DNA of 64,000 nt from Camelus dromedarius. Its lineage: Eukaryota. Positions within the stretch are counted from its first letter, which is position 1, and each line of letters opens with the position of its first letter. Positions 34,736 through 48,259 of the stretch are shown in pieces. The notes under the pieces are model-generated. The model ran no database searches, had not been told where the DNA came from, and was given only the letters and a program-made list of their open reading frames with translations. The stretch is taken from assembly GCF_036321535.1 (NCBI RefSeq), contig NC_087436.1:115694001-115758000 (forward strand), read 5' to 3'. The translations under genes and the position numbers were made by a program.

Positions 34736-36199
34736 TACATTGTATTACATGCAAACTTTCCTTAGTTAAATTGATTAAATATGACAATAGTATTATTTAC
34801 CTTGTGGGATTATTTGAATGATAAATTATTGTTTGTGATGTTATCAGCACAGTTTCTGACACACAGTAAATGCTCACTCAATGATAGCTTATTTCATCTC
34901 TCTTTCTGTGGGTTGCATAAGTAAATGATGTCTCCTTGAATCAGCTGTCTTTTTAATTTGTATTCTCTCCTTGTGGCTTTATATTAGAGGAAACTCAATC
35001 TGTTTTCTCAGAGCTCATGAGGTTAATCAGTTCAAATTATAGGTGGCAAATTCTCATGAATTCTCAGCATATTTAAATAGCAGATGAGAATTTTGCATTC
35101 TTGAATGCATTAAATCAAGCCAGAGGTGTGATATGATAAGTATTTAGATTTCTTTTCTGGGATGAATTTTTATTTTTTTTCCCCAGGAAACTGATTAGTA
35201 AAAATCTGTCTCAGATTTTACAGCTAAAACCAGATGTATTTAAGAAAGAGCTCACCACCCGTGTGCAGCTTGAACACACTCCCCCAAAACAAAAGGGGGT
35301 AGAAATTACAAGTGCTCAATAAATATTTGTTAAATATGCCTTTGAAGAGCTACCTACCCTTTGTTTCACTTCCATTAGGCAACACAGAACCACTTTCCAC
35401 GTATTTGTCACGGTGCAATTCTTCCTGACTTAGGTGGAACATCTTCCTATATGGGTCATGTTGAAATGGGTCTCACTTCAAAGAGTTTTTAGTCTCAGTA
35501 GGACAAAGACAAACTACCCTTATTTTCAGAATAAAGATAAACTGTAGAAGGCTTTAATGTGATTAAGTAACAAATGAGCACTAGAGAAAAAATCCAGAGA
35601 TACACAGGCAACAGAGACATCAAAGTCAGTTGTAGTAGTCAAATTTTTTTCTTTTTAGTGAAGGGGACATAAGTATGATCACAAAACCTGTGGTCATATA
35701 ATCAACTCAATTATCAAGTAGAGATGTCTTGCATTCAATAAAAATTTTGAATAAAATATGCCTCTCTAGTTGGAAGACCTCTTCAGTCTAGATGCACTTT
35801 CAAGAAAGCTGTAATTTATTTTCTAATATTAACGCATTGTGGGACACGATGATTTTGGAGTTTTCAAGGTGTTTTAGTTAGAATCACTAGACATTGCTCT
35901 GGTGGCTTATTGCAATTAAAGCTTATTTTCATTACGTTGCATATCCATTGCTTGCCAATATTAGTGAAGAGAGGAGAGGTTTGGTTCTGCTCCATTCACT
36001 CAGGGACCAGCTGACATATGACTTATCACTTTGTAACTGTGTTAACTGGGGTGCAGTGACTTCTGGGGTTCCGTGATGGAGGGAAAGACAGCTATATGAC
36101 CATGAACTAGGGCTCTTATGTGCTTTGAACACACTCTCACCCAACTCTAAGCCTACTGATCTGCTGTAGTCACGTAGTCCTGTCTCACTACAAAGAGGC

Positions 36200-36930
36200 T
36201 GGAAAACGTGGGTAAGAGGACAGAATGTGTGTTTAGGGTTATGTCTCTGGCACAGATTGTTCTTCTGGTCAAACATTCCTTTATTCACTTCTTCCCCAAC
36301 TCAAAAGCATAGCCATCCTTTTCCAAAGGGAGGCAAGTCAAGTTCCAAGTTCAAGTCAATAAGCTCATTCTGGTCAAAGTCTGGAATCTCTAAATAATGC
36401 AACCATTGCTACTTTCAGTCCAGAAAGTCTTCACTTTGTCCAGAGAACTATGAGCAAAGCCTGGTTATTAACCCCAGGCCCCGAACATAGAACAGAGAAA
36501 GGATAAATGGACGACACCTTCTAGTTACTGGTGTTGAGGAACTGTCAGTTTCCGTTGGGCAGACACTGTGCGTTCCCTCCACCCCTGGTGTGGTCTTCAT
36601 TCTTCATTATGTTACAGTGGTGTCCTTTGGGAAGGTCGTCTTCTATTCTTCATGGTCCTTAGCTCCATCTTCGTGGTGTGCTTGTTTTCCATTGTCTTCC
36701 TCGGCTACATTTGAAGAGAGTTTTAGAGAATCTGTCTCCCTTGAACTGTACTGCTTTTTTCCATTTCCCTCCTGCACAAAGAATTCTCAGGGCTAAAGAA
36801 CTAAGTTTGATCAGAAATCTTAGTCTAGGTTTCTTGGAGCTTGCCAGTACAACTTTCTTTTAAAAAAATAATAGACTTCTATGTTCGACTCCAGTCAGTT
36901 CATTCTCCAGTAACTGCTACCAGATTGTCC
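36200..36930 (-). mobile_element. Possible old MaLR internal (MLT1H/J-int-like) fragment
   Basis: General resemblance only (gtccagagaactatgagc; ccagtcagttcattctccagtaactgctaccagatt). Confidence 0.4.
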
Positions 36931-37259
36931 TTTTTAAAGGAAAAATTCTTGGCTCTGCTATATTTTATTGATTTTTCACCAGATCTTTTTTCCCTACTCC
37001 CCCCCCTCTCTCTTTCTCTCACCCCCTTTTCCCTCTTTTTTTCTCTGTTGACATACAATTTCTGCAAAGTAACTCTTTTTGGTCTCTGATCTTAATTTGA
37101 TTATTGTCCTGAGTGATTTTTATCTAATAGAAAAGTGTACTGGGTCAGAATACACTTAATCTGATTTTTGCCATGATACGGTACACTTAACCATTTGAGA
37201 AATTTGGGGTGTTATGGTAACACCCTTAATCTAACTTTTCCCCAAAGCTGATTTTATTT

Positions 37260-38175
37260 TTTATTTTACATTTTTACTTAATATACAATTATATATAATT
37301 ACATATAGTACAATTTGGAGAGTGTTGTTTACAGTTCTCTGAGTTTTGACCAGCATATATGAGCTTGTAACCACTATCGCAATCAAGGCATAGAACATGT
37401 TCATCACACACACAACAATTCCTAGTCCCTTTTGTGTGTGTCAAATCCTCTTCAATGCACAGCTCCTGGAAATGACTGCTTCAGTCTCTGAAGCAGTGGT
37501 ACTATTTCCACCATGTCATATAAAGCAAATTACACAGCATGTAGCCGGTTGGGACTGGTTTTTTTCATCTGCCATAGCACCTTTGAGATTTATTTGTTTT
37601 ATTTTATTTTTTTGCTTGTATAAGTAATTTTTTATTTTCTTGCATGAGTATACCAGAGTCTATTTATTTATTTTTTAATTAAGACACCAGCTGAGTGCCG
37701 TTTGGTTTATTTCCATATTTTGGTGATTATGAATAAATATTCTATAAACATTCTTGTGCAAGTTTTTATATGAACATAAGTTTTTATTTCATTTAGATTC
37801 CACCTAAGGACATAAATTCTGGGTTGCATAAAAAAAATGTATGTTTTCCTTGAGAAGAAACTGCCACTTTAACTCCCAAAGTGACTGTCCCATTTTGCAT
37901 CTGTATCAGTAATGTGTGAGAATTCTAATTGATCCATATCCTTGCCACCATCTGAGATTTGAGATTGTCAGGTTTTTATTTTTGTTTTGTTTTGCCATTC
38001 TGATATGATTATATGGTATCTCACTGTGTTTTTAATTTGCATTTTCCTAATGACTAATTATATTAAACATATATCCATGTACTTCTTTGCCTGCCACATA
38101 CTTTCTTTGGTAAAGTATCTGTTTGCATCATTTACCCATTTATTACTGGGTTATTTGTTTTAGTTTTATTAAGTT
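37260..38175 (-). mobile_element. L1MC/MD/ME1-like 3' end
   Basis: gtaaccactatcgcaatcaaggcatagaacat; gtgactgtcccattttgcat; tttaatttgcattttcctaatgactaat. Confidence 0.88.
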
Positions 38176-38419
38176 TTGCACACTGAATTAGTTGATATTT
38201 TCCCCTTCCTCTATGTCAAGATAGAAGAGAAGAGTAAAACTTACTTTAATCTGGTGTATTTTAACTGGGAATTTTTCTATTGTGTGTTGGAAATGGGGCT
38301 GAGACTACAAGCTTTGCAGACTCACTTCTGCCTTACAGATAAAGCACACATTTTTTTTTTAGATAGGCACATGATAATCCACAAAATAGACCAGATTTTC
38401 ATCCTTCCTTTCAACTAGT

Positions 38420-38785
38420 CATATCTTTTCACAGATTTGATTCTGTGACCAAGTTCTGGCCAACAGAATGTATGTGGATGTGGTGAACGCACCTTGTGAA
38501 ATGTATTCTTGAAGAGAGAGAGCCGGCTGTGTGTTCTTTTTACCTTCATGTTGACTAAAATGTAGTCTTAATGGATGTGGCTCCAGTGTCCATGTTGGAT
38601 TCTGAAGCTACCTTAAAAAATGGTAGCATCTGAAGGTAGAACCTTCAGATAGAAAGAATGGAGCCACCGCACTAACTTTGCATCGTTAGCTTCAGACTCT
38701 AAGAAGAGGCACATTTGAGCCTATTTAAACCAGTTCGTTTTGGCTTTCCTGTCTCTGTGGCTGAGCCTAATCCAAATTGATGAAA
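38420..38785 (+). mobile_element. MLT1J-like LTR
   Basis: tgtgaccaagttctggccaa; tatttaaacca...tggctgagcctaatccaaattgat. Confidence 0.65.
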
Positions 38786-40179
38786 GACCTCATGATACCT
38801 GGATTTCACACTTCAAGAGTATCTCGGCTGTCATCACAGATACATAAAACATTACAGACCAGAAAGATAGAGAAGTAGCAGAATCGTTCCAAAAGAAATA
38901 ATTCTCAAATACTGAGGTTTTGGATGCTATCCATCATTGAGGAGATAATGTCAGAGCCAGCGCTGCACACAAAGGATGAAAAATTAGTGAAAGTAGTATG
39001 CGGAGAAGGGGTGCTATGGGATAAAACATTTTTGCCTCTTTTCTTGCCTGCAAGATTTTGTTATGATTGAACATTTGGTCTACACATAGCTAACATCAGG
39101 TTTCTGAATTCTTAATACTTGTTATCAGGTTCAGGGGGAGGGGAGGGGAATTTCCTGACTCAAGGAATGACTGCATAGTGCTCACTGCTTGGATGAGAAT
39201 GTGGAACAGCCATTAAAGCCACACAATCCTGGCCTCCGTCACCCTTATAGTACGCACTACTGTATTTCTACTCACCCCTACCATGGCCCCTATTTAAACT
39301 TGTTTGTGTTAACTCTCTGTTTGAACCTCTCCTTCAATACTGTTTTTATATCTTAAATCCCCAGTGCTTGGTGAGATCAGAGAAGGCTCACAATAATATT
39401 TGCTCAGTGAATGAAAAAAACACAGGACCCCCATCAGGACAGCCAGATCTGGCTCTAACCTTCAGGTGTTGGCTTAATATTTGTCCATTTCTCTACAGAT
39501 CCCAGCATCAGATGAGGTGGGACTCACCCCCAATGTCTGGGTCAAGCATCCACAGCAGAGTTCTCTCCGAGCTGCTCCGTACTCTTTACCCGACAAGAGA
39601 GTAAGAGAGCAAATGGGATTCTGATGTAAGATGCCTGAGTGCCCCTCATGTGTAAACAAAGGATTCCCACAAACGTTCTAGCCATTGAGGACCTCACAGA
39701 TCTCCTGGGAGACAAAGATGGAAGCACGTAGGAACCCAGGAAACAGTGATAATAAGAAGAGCAAATGCAGTTTGCTTTGGTCATTGAGAGAAAAACGAAT
39801 TTAGTGCAAGTGAGAGCAGCGAAAGCGAAAGGACAACGTTCACCCTTGGGCAGACCATTCAAATGGAAACTATCAGGGCAATCTACACTCCAGGGAGGTG
39901 GGCTGCACTGGTCAGGGAGCAGTAGGAGTCCATGAAGTGGCCCCATCTGCCTCCTCAAAAATTATTTTGCTATCTCAGCCATGCTTGTTCAAATGATATT
40001 TGGCCATTCAGGAAGAGATATAGATGACCAGAGACAGCAAAAGCCCTGGCTGCTCCTTTCTGGTCACTGTCCCATCGTTCTTCTTCTGTCTTGACTCTCA
40101 GCTCTTAGGTACAAGCTTACTGGTAGCACTTTGGATACGTTTTCCCAGCACCTGATTATTTTCACGATAACATAATGTT

Positions 40180-40641
40180 GGATTGAACTCACTCGCTGGC
40201 TCTTCCTGATTTTGGTGTTCTGCTCACACTGAAGTGCCCTTACTGCTTCAGCACCAACACCTGCCTGACCTCCAAATACCAGCTCTTATATTTTTTGCCT
40301 GAGCGTTTCTTCTGGTTTCTGGTGTCTGTGGGGACTTAACCCATCTTGTCTCCTGAGGAAACCTTCACTCATATACTGATGGGAGTTGGTGCATAGCTAC
40401 TTTGATTCTCTTGATCCTCAGGTAGGATAACTCCAAGGTATGTGTTCTTCACTAGCAGGATGAGACTCTAGTTAGTCACCCACATTGAAGGTAGCCTAAG
40501 AGTGCACCCTGAAAACATGTCTTCCTTTTCATTGTGTACATACTCATTTACCTGATAAAGTTTTCCTCAATTCCTAAATCAACAACTTACACTTGAAATT
40601 TTGCCTTAGCCTCTTACTACAGGGAAACTCAAGATAAGATA
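40180..40641 (+). mobile_element. LTR16-family ERVL LTR
   Basis: cctcaggtaggataactccaaggtatgtgttct; ctacagggaaactcaagataagata end. Confidence 0.65.
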
Positions 40642-42078
40642 CTCATGTTAAGCCATCATCGTTCTGCAAAAAATCATTAGGTATTAACTCAAGTTGCTAC
40701 GATAGTCTGGCCAGGCCAGGCACTTGCTTGGCTTGTTCTGAATACAGATATAGACAGATAAATAATATATAAAATATATATGTACATGCGCATATATATA
40801 TTTATATCATAAATCTTGTATATACATTTCTATATATATGAATCTATATTCAGCTCATTTACGAAACTGTAAGGAGTTTAAGGTAGAATCATATTATTAC
40901 TTCTAAGCATCTATCCTTTTGATCTTGTGCAAATTAAGTGAACCTACTTTTCACTCATCTATGTCCCTAAATTGATGGAACAAAAGTATAATCAAATTAG
41001 CAACCAAAGCCAAAGGGATCAGAAGTATACACGCGAAATTAGAATTCTCACCATGGTGGAGACAAGTAACTTTTGCATTTTTTCACTTTACTCTCCTTGG
41101 AAATTTCTGTAACACCATTTGCTGTCATGCTGCTGAGTCAAATCAGCATTTTTCATTAGCAATGTTAATCAAAGTGAAGTTGTTTTCAGAATCTTTTTGG
41201 AGCTGCCTAATGTGTATTAAGTAGGAGGCAGAATATTTGTGGAAACTATGTGGATTGAAAAAGGTAGTTTAAGCCTAAAAAGCTATATAAATAGTCAGAG
41301 GATGATCAAAAGAATAATTGAAAATAATGAAACAGCTAAGAAGGCAGTTTGCCTCTGAAATCTATGTATTGTTCAAAATGATAAAATTAATCAATTCACA
41401 TGCACAAACACTTGTGTTTCATCCTTACTACATGTTAGTGTTGTAGGAAGTAGATATACTCAGAAGTATCACTGGATTTCGGTTTCATGGTGGACTGGGG
41501 AAGGACTTGTGCCTCGTTAAGTAGTAAGATCACTTTCTGAACTATACTAGGGTGAGTGGCAAAAAGATGATGTGACATGATTTTGCGGTTTCCACTTTAT
41601 TTCAATAACTCCAGAAAGAATGTTCCTCCCAGTGGGAAGAAGGCCATGTGTTAACAGAGGTAATTGCTGGGAAACAAATCCCTGAGATCTGTTGTCTTAT
41701 CTTTCAATTTCACGGTCATGCCTTCTAAAGTCCTAATTCACTTTTTCTTTTCAAGGCTAAACACCTACATTTCCTTCACCTACTAATGATCTTGTTTTGT
41801 TTTGTTTTGTTTTTTTCAGATCATCAAAATCTGATCACTTTTTATGTACCCCTGTCTACCACTCAAAAGAGAACACTCATTTCTGGTCACAGTCTGATGC
41901 CAGGGTCTGATGGTGAAGCAGGACTTGCGTTTATATTATCTAGCCTCTCCTGTTAGCACTAAGAGAAACTGCAGATACTGAGTGTTTTTTGAGGAATCAT
42001 GGGTCGTGGAAGAGATTCCACAGCAGAAAGATATTAATAGGGAAGTATAAGTCCTATTCTCATAAAAAGATGCACCAC

Positions 42079-42690
42079 CCCATAAGGAGAATTCTAAGAT
42101 GCTCCCTGAGATTCCCAAACCCTAGGGTATACATACCCTCTCCCAGTTACTTAATCAGGCAGGAATCTAAGTGCTGCTGTGAAGGGATTTTACAGATGTA
42201 ATTAAGTTCCCAAATCAGTTGATTTTAAGATAAGGAGATTATCTTTGGTGGGTCCAATCTAATCAGGAGAAGCTGTCAAAGAGACAGGAATCCCCCAGGA
42301 AAAGAAGATATTTGAAAGGGGAGCAGGATCTGACAAGGGGAAGATAATTCACTCCTGACTTTGAAGATGAAGAGGATTATGTTGTAAATATGGAGAATGC
42401 TCTTTAGAAGTTGGGAATGACCTTCATTCAAGGGCCAACAAGAATGCTTAGACTGCAGTTTCACGTCTGTAAGAAGCCGGGTTCTGCCAACAACTGAGTT
42501 TAGAAGCAGATTCTTTTCCAGAGCCTCCACATATGAATGAAACCAGTCAACACCTTGAGTGTAAGACCCAGAGCAGAGAACCTAGTTTAGACTTGATTCA
42601 ACTTCCAAGCTATGAAATAATGAATGGTGCTGTTGTAAGCTGCTAAATTTCTGATAACTTGTTTCAAAGCAATAAAAAATAATAGATACA
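42079..42690 (+). mobile_element. MLT1E-type MaLR LTR
   Basis: agaattctaagatg; gctgtgaagggattttacagatgtaattaag...aatcagttgattttaag; aagcagattcttttccagagcctcca. Confidence 0.9.
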
Positions 42691-43651
42691 CTCCATACTC
42701 CCAGACAGAGCTAATCCTGCTCCTGGGCCACCAAGACGTGTGCCACCTGGCACTATTGAGGTAGGTTCCCCGTGTGCTGGTTATCCTGGCTAAATCTTGA
42801 GGGATCCTGCTCATATGAAATTCACAACCGTACAACTATGACGAGCCAGGACTAACACTGGACACTTTGATTTTGAATCCTGGAAACTTGGAAAATTGCA
42901 TAACCCCTCTGATCCTCATTCAATTTATTTTCAAAATAAATAGCGGTACTCACGCCCAAAACATAGTGCACATTATGCACATATGGTGCTTTGCAAGCAT
43001 TGTTGCACCTGGTAGGTAGCTGTGTGAGATCTAATATGAATATAAATTATAAATGTAGATATAAATATAAATTAACACACAACTTACTAGAGTCCAGGGT
43101 TTAAATCATTGAGCCTTTAATAAACATCTTCTTTCTGCCAGGCTGTAGGAATAAAAATGATAGTATGAAAAAATGTCACAACTTTCACTTAACAAGAGTT
43201 TCCAAATAAATGGGAAAAACTGACACATAAGCAAAGATACCACTGCTGCCTTTTAATGTGGCCAGTAAAACAGTAACCACAAGACAGGGGTAGCGCTAAA
43301 GAGGGAAGGATTAGCTCACAGCTTAAATGGAGAGCCGGAAGGGGAAGGAAAGGCTTTCTCAGACATGTTGACATTTTATTTGAGTTTTGAAGAATGGAGA
43401 GAAGTTGGTCAAATAGTCAGTCTGAAAGAGCATTCCAGGCAGGGCAGGTAGATGGTACATTTCCCTGGGACAATTAACGTTATAAAGCATGCTATGCCTC
43501 ATACAGTTTCTAATGTCCGAAAGAAAGCTAAACCGGATTTAGCTTACAATTCATTTTACTGAATTATATTCAAGGACAACTGAGGGAGAATCTCCTTTTA
43601 GGCATGATGTATCCAGGGGCTCGTGCAATATTGTCAGAGATTCCTTCTATG

Positions 43652-43731
43652 TTTGTGTGTGTGCATGTATGTATGTGTGTATGTGTGTATGTATGTATGT
43701 ATGTATGTATGTATGTATGTATGTATGTATG

Positions 43732-43787
<56 letters not shown>
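43652..43787. repeat. Compound STR: TG-rich lead, (TATG)11 at 43688-43731, (TATC)14 at 43732-43787
   Basis: Counted directly. Confidence 0.97.
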
Positions 43788-45234
43788 CTTTCTCTCTGTC
43801 TCTCATTACCCCCTCCCTTTCTCTTTCTTTCCTCTCCTCTCACTATTTTGGAATTATTCTCAAACAGGCAGGATTACTTCACCTGATGAAAAATACAATT
43901 TGTACTTCTAAGCCTGTGGTTGCCAAGCTAGAAGAAGAAGGATTGTCTGTTTCACAGAACCATGTATTAGTTTTCACTGAGGACTTTGGCCCTCATGCAC
44001 CCACTTTGAATGAAGCCCTGCGGCTTCCCTAGACCTCATGCTTATCTTGGTGGTGGGACAGGCAGGACGTTGAGAGTGATAATCTCCAAGAAACCACATT
44101 AAATGGGTGGTTCCTTTTCCCAAAGGAAATATAAGTAGTTTTTACTGGAAGGAATGGGAAGAACTGTTGGCCAAGTTAAAACAAATAGAGAAGATAAGAG
44201 GTTTGGTACCATTGGATAACAAAATAAAATGAGTCAAATTCTGATGCATTTTTACACCATGCTAATGAGTTTCCACTGTACCCTACAAGTGATGAGGCAT
44301 CTTTGAAGGACTTTAGTCCATGGAAAGGCTTGGCTGAATTTTGTGCTTTCATGCTGTCACATTGATGTCATGGCGGAGGATGTGTGGACATGAATAACAT
44401 GGCAGATGGCCTCCAGGATTTCTAGACACACAATGCAGACAGCTGTCCCTCAACACACTCAAAGGGAGCAGCACCCTGCTACGGAAGCTCAAACACAAAC
44501 CCAGCCTTTCCACTTAGCATTCATAATCTTCAAATGCATGTCTGTCAGCTGCCACATCTTCTAATGCAAAGGTCAACATGCAATGGCATTCTCAAGGACC
44601 AAGCCCAAATGCCTTCTGTGATTTGGCATAATTGCTTACTTAAATGCTGCTTTATTATACTATCTTGCATTCCTAAGTCTGACATTGCTACCAATTCTCT
44701 CTTTTTCCAATTTATTTTCTAAAAATTTATTACTTTCTAATAGCTGAAGATTTCTTGCATGTGAGGCAACCTCCAGATTCTCATTATTTTAGTGTTTTGA
44801 TTTCAACATCTAAGCATAATTTTATACCTCAAAAAAACATCATTCAAGATAAAAAAGAACTTTGTGAGTTAGAACTCTATATTCATTCATCTGTTAGTTT
44901 GTTAATACAGTCAGTCACCAATTTATTCAGTATACACTCACTAAGTACAATGCATTGAGAAAAGCAATATGGTATCAGGGATGGAAACATCCATGACCCT
45001 ATCTTTTTGTGAATGTAGAGTGTATCTGAAGGTATAAGGTATTCTCCATAAACTTCTATCAAGGGAAAAGGAATCAGGAGCAAATCATAAAAATGTGTAT
45101 CATGTAAAAGCTATTTCAAGAAAACTTCTTTTATGATGAGGTGAACACTGTAGATACAAAAAAAAGTTTGAGGCACTGTGTAGACTCTCAAGACCCTTAT
45201 TCAAAATGGTTCAATGAGTTTTTGTACAACCATT

Positions 45235-45670
45235 TGTAAGTGGGGTTCTCCAGGCGGCTGACTCTGAAATGGAGATTTGGGTTCGGGGGGGGGGGTTTGA
45301 AGTTCCTCTTGAAATCAACACCTGTGGAAGGCAGAGGATATAAAAAGATGTGAGGAGGGACAGGCTAATTTGTGATGTGGTTTCAGTGGAAGACTTGGTC
45401 ACCCTTGTGAGGAGTTCTGCAGATGAGACAGTGCTGATGAGTCATTCCATGGTGGAGTAGGAGGGTCAGGTCTTTAAACACTTGTTTTGATCAGTCATTA
45501 GATGCTAGCTACCCTGGAGAGAGTATGACCATGGGCAAGCAGCTCTCTCCAGATAAGGCGGTCCCCAGGGAAGGTTGACATCTTAGGGCTGTTGGTTGGA
45601 AGCTCCCCTTGAAGCTGGTTCTTAGTTTCTGAATGAGGTTCTGGATACCTTATTACAGTGTCCAGCACAC
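45235..45670 (-). mobile_element. LTR16A-like ERVL LTR
   Basis: gggttctccagg...gactctgaaatggagatttg...atcaacacctgtggaagg; ends acagtgtccagcaca. Confidence 0.75.
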
Positions 45671-46009
45671 CACCACTGTTTGAAAGACTGCAGATGTTAA
45701 ATGGAAACATTACCTCTTACAGAGACTGGAGTCAGTTCTCACTGACCACTTATTTGGGCCAGACTCTAGGTAAGATGCACAAAGGAAAGATACTCTTTAT
45801 CAGAAACATCTAAACAGTTGTATGAGCAGGATTTAATCTTTCATTATGCTTAGGTACTGAAATTAGGATTCGGTATGAGCAGCTAGCTTTTTCCTAATAC
45901 ACACTCCAATTCTTCCTATATCTCAACCATAATTTAAGTCAAAGTCTAATTCTTGAATCTCAACTCTAAGCAAAAATACTGCCGTTACTATTATTGCTAC
46001 TACCAATAA

Positions 46010-46265
46010 TAATAACAATAACTAAATTTATTAAGAATTTTCTTTGTGTCATGTCCTTCTCCAAGCAATTTACACATAAAAACATATGTTTTCTTTACAA
46101 TAAATCTATGTAGTGTATAATATCATCACCTCCATTTTGTAAATGAGGAAACCCAAGACACAGAGTGGGTAGGTAAGTTATCCAAAGTTGCACAGCTTTT
46201 ATGTCAAGGAGCTGGGACTGGTACCCAGGAAGTCTGGCTTCAAACTCTGTGCTTAAACACCTCCT
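46010..46265 (-). mobile_element. MIR SINE, near full length
   Basis: ctccattttgtaaatgaggaaacccaagacacagagtgggtaggtaagttatccaaagttgcacagct. Confidence 0.9.
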
Positions 46266-46289
46266 CTGTCATTGATGGCCTCATCATTA

Positions 46290-46760
46290 ATGGAGCCTTG
46301 TGGTGCCCATGGGTGCAGCTGCTCTAACCTTGACTCTAGATTCAGCCATGTCATTAGCTTGGCCAAAGAGTCTTTAAAATGTGATGCAACGAAAAACTTG
46401 AAAAGTGTTTTCCTGGTAGGGCTTACTCTTTCTCAGTCTTCTGCCAGGGACAAGAGAACATGTCTGAGACTGTCTGCCCATGTCAGAAGATGAAACGCCA
46501 GGAACAGGAGGAAGCTGAGTTATTCCAGTTTTCAGACAAAGGTCATCCTCAACCAGCTGACAGGTGGTCAACCAGTCCTAGGCCAAGACCAGCACAGCCT
46601 CTTAGCCTGCCTGAAACTGACCACAAAGCATGAGTGAGTCCTGTGCAGCTGAGATAAACCCTACAGATTGTGAGCTAAGTAAATGGTTACTGCTCCAAGC
46701 CAATGAGTGTTTGAGGTTGTTATGCAACAGTTGTGCGGCAATGTAAACAACAAATGCAGA
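46290..46760 (+). mobile_element. MLT1G/H-like LTR
   Basis: ccttgactctagattcagccatg; gcatgagtgagtcc; cagattgtgagctaagtaaatggtt. Confidence 0.75.
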
Positions 46761-47719
46761 GAGTAATAGAAGGGAATTATATATACGCAATGATAAGGAA
46801 ACTCACAGTGTGCAATGGGGACATAGGAGCAGTGGCTAGAGGGATGTGACAGACAGCTTATCTCAGATTTCATACTCAGTGATGGACTTCTGCAGGAACT
46901 AATACAAAATCAATCCTGGAAAAATAATTTAAAAAAGAAAAATTATTCTAGGGAACTGTTTCTTACTTATATCCAGGGACATCTGGTGTGACTGGACCAT
47001 TTCACCATGTTTGTGAAAAGTTGCATGCAAATCATGTGGAATGGATCTAATCTCACTCTTCCAGCAACAGAGAGTTCACTCACTAAAACAAATCCAAAGA
47101 TGAAGGTTTTTTTTTTAATGGAAAGAAAAAAAATTTGGAAAGTGAATAATTTCCAAAAATATCTGTTGCATGTTGATGCCAAGTAAGTGCACCTGCATAA
47201 AACATACATCTTGTGTCATTTAAATTTTAAGCAAGTTACTTCTGTTGAATCCTAACTCACACATTTCTATATTTTGAGTGTTAACTTCACACATTTCTGA
47301 TAAAAATATTAATTATAACTATAACATTCAAAATATTATTCCACTTCTGCATAATTTTTTTTTTTTTTTACCTTTAAAAGTCTTTATTTTTCTTCAGAAA
47401 ATGTTTTCCTGGGAAAAATGCCCAAATCCTTCCTTCAGGGTTGGACAGTTTTCCAAAAGCCTGAATTCTTCACCAACTGACCAGGGGGCAGGCTTTGGAG
47501 ATGAAAGCAATCACACACAATCAGGAGAATGCCTGTGAAATCTTTCTTTATTATTACTAAACAAATGGTTTGTAGCAGCTGGAAACTTTATCTTATTTTA
47601 CCAACACTGGACCTGAGCCCCACTAAATTCTCTCTTGCTATCAGTTAAGAAAGGTATGCTTCCTAAAATCCTTGAATAAATAAGGATTTATTGATTTATT
47701 ATGACTAACCTTGCTGCGT

Positions 47720-47890
47720 GAATTCATTCAGTAGGCAGACGTGGCCAAGGCACCTACCATGCGACGTGGGCACTGTGTTCGGCTCTGCGGATTCAGATGT
47801 AAAGACGATACCATCTCTGCCCCCCAAGGAGCTCATGGTCCATTAGAGGAGACAGATGAGTAACAGGATAATTAGAATAAACTGACAAAT
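47720..47890 (-). mobile_element. L2 3' end
   Basis: gcacctaccatgcgacg...cactgtg...tctgccccccaaggagctcatggtc. Confidence 0.75.
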
Positions 47891-48039
47891 ACTGGTGGTA
47901 TCTGAAAAGAAGTCAGAACAAGGCAATGGGGAAGGGGGAACAATTGATTCTGAAGTAGATATCAGTGAAGTAGTTACAAAGGGGTTTTATTTTATCACTG
48001 AATTTTTCTAAATTCTCTTTATTTACTCCTCATCTACAT

Positions 48040-48230
48040 CAATGTTTGGCAAATTTTTCTGTAAATGGTCAGATAAACATTTTAGGTTTTGTGGACTATA
48101 CAGGGTCACTGTTGAGCTACTCAGTTCTTCCCTTGTAGGGCAGAAGCAGCCGTCAACAAGATCTAAAGAAAGTGTCGCTGTGTGTCAGTACAGTTTTATT
48201 TATAAAACCAGCAGCAGTCTGGATTTGCTC
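48040..48230 (+). mobile_element. MER58A hAT MITE
   Basis: ttggcaaatttttctgtaaatggtcagata...ttttatttataaaaccagcagcagtctggatttg. Confidence 0.85.
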
Positions 48231-48259
48231 TACACAACTTTTAAATGCTGATGTGTGCA

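Noticed and set aside
43604..44032. 142-aa and overlapping ORFs
   Set aside because: Read-through of the TATG/TATC microsatellite
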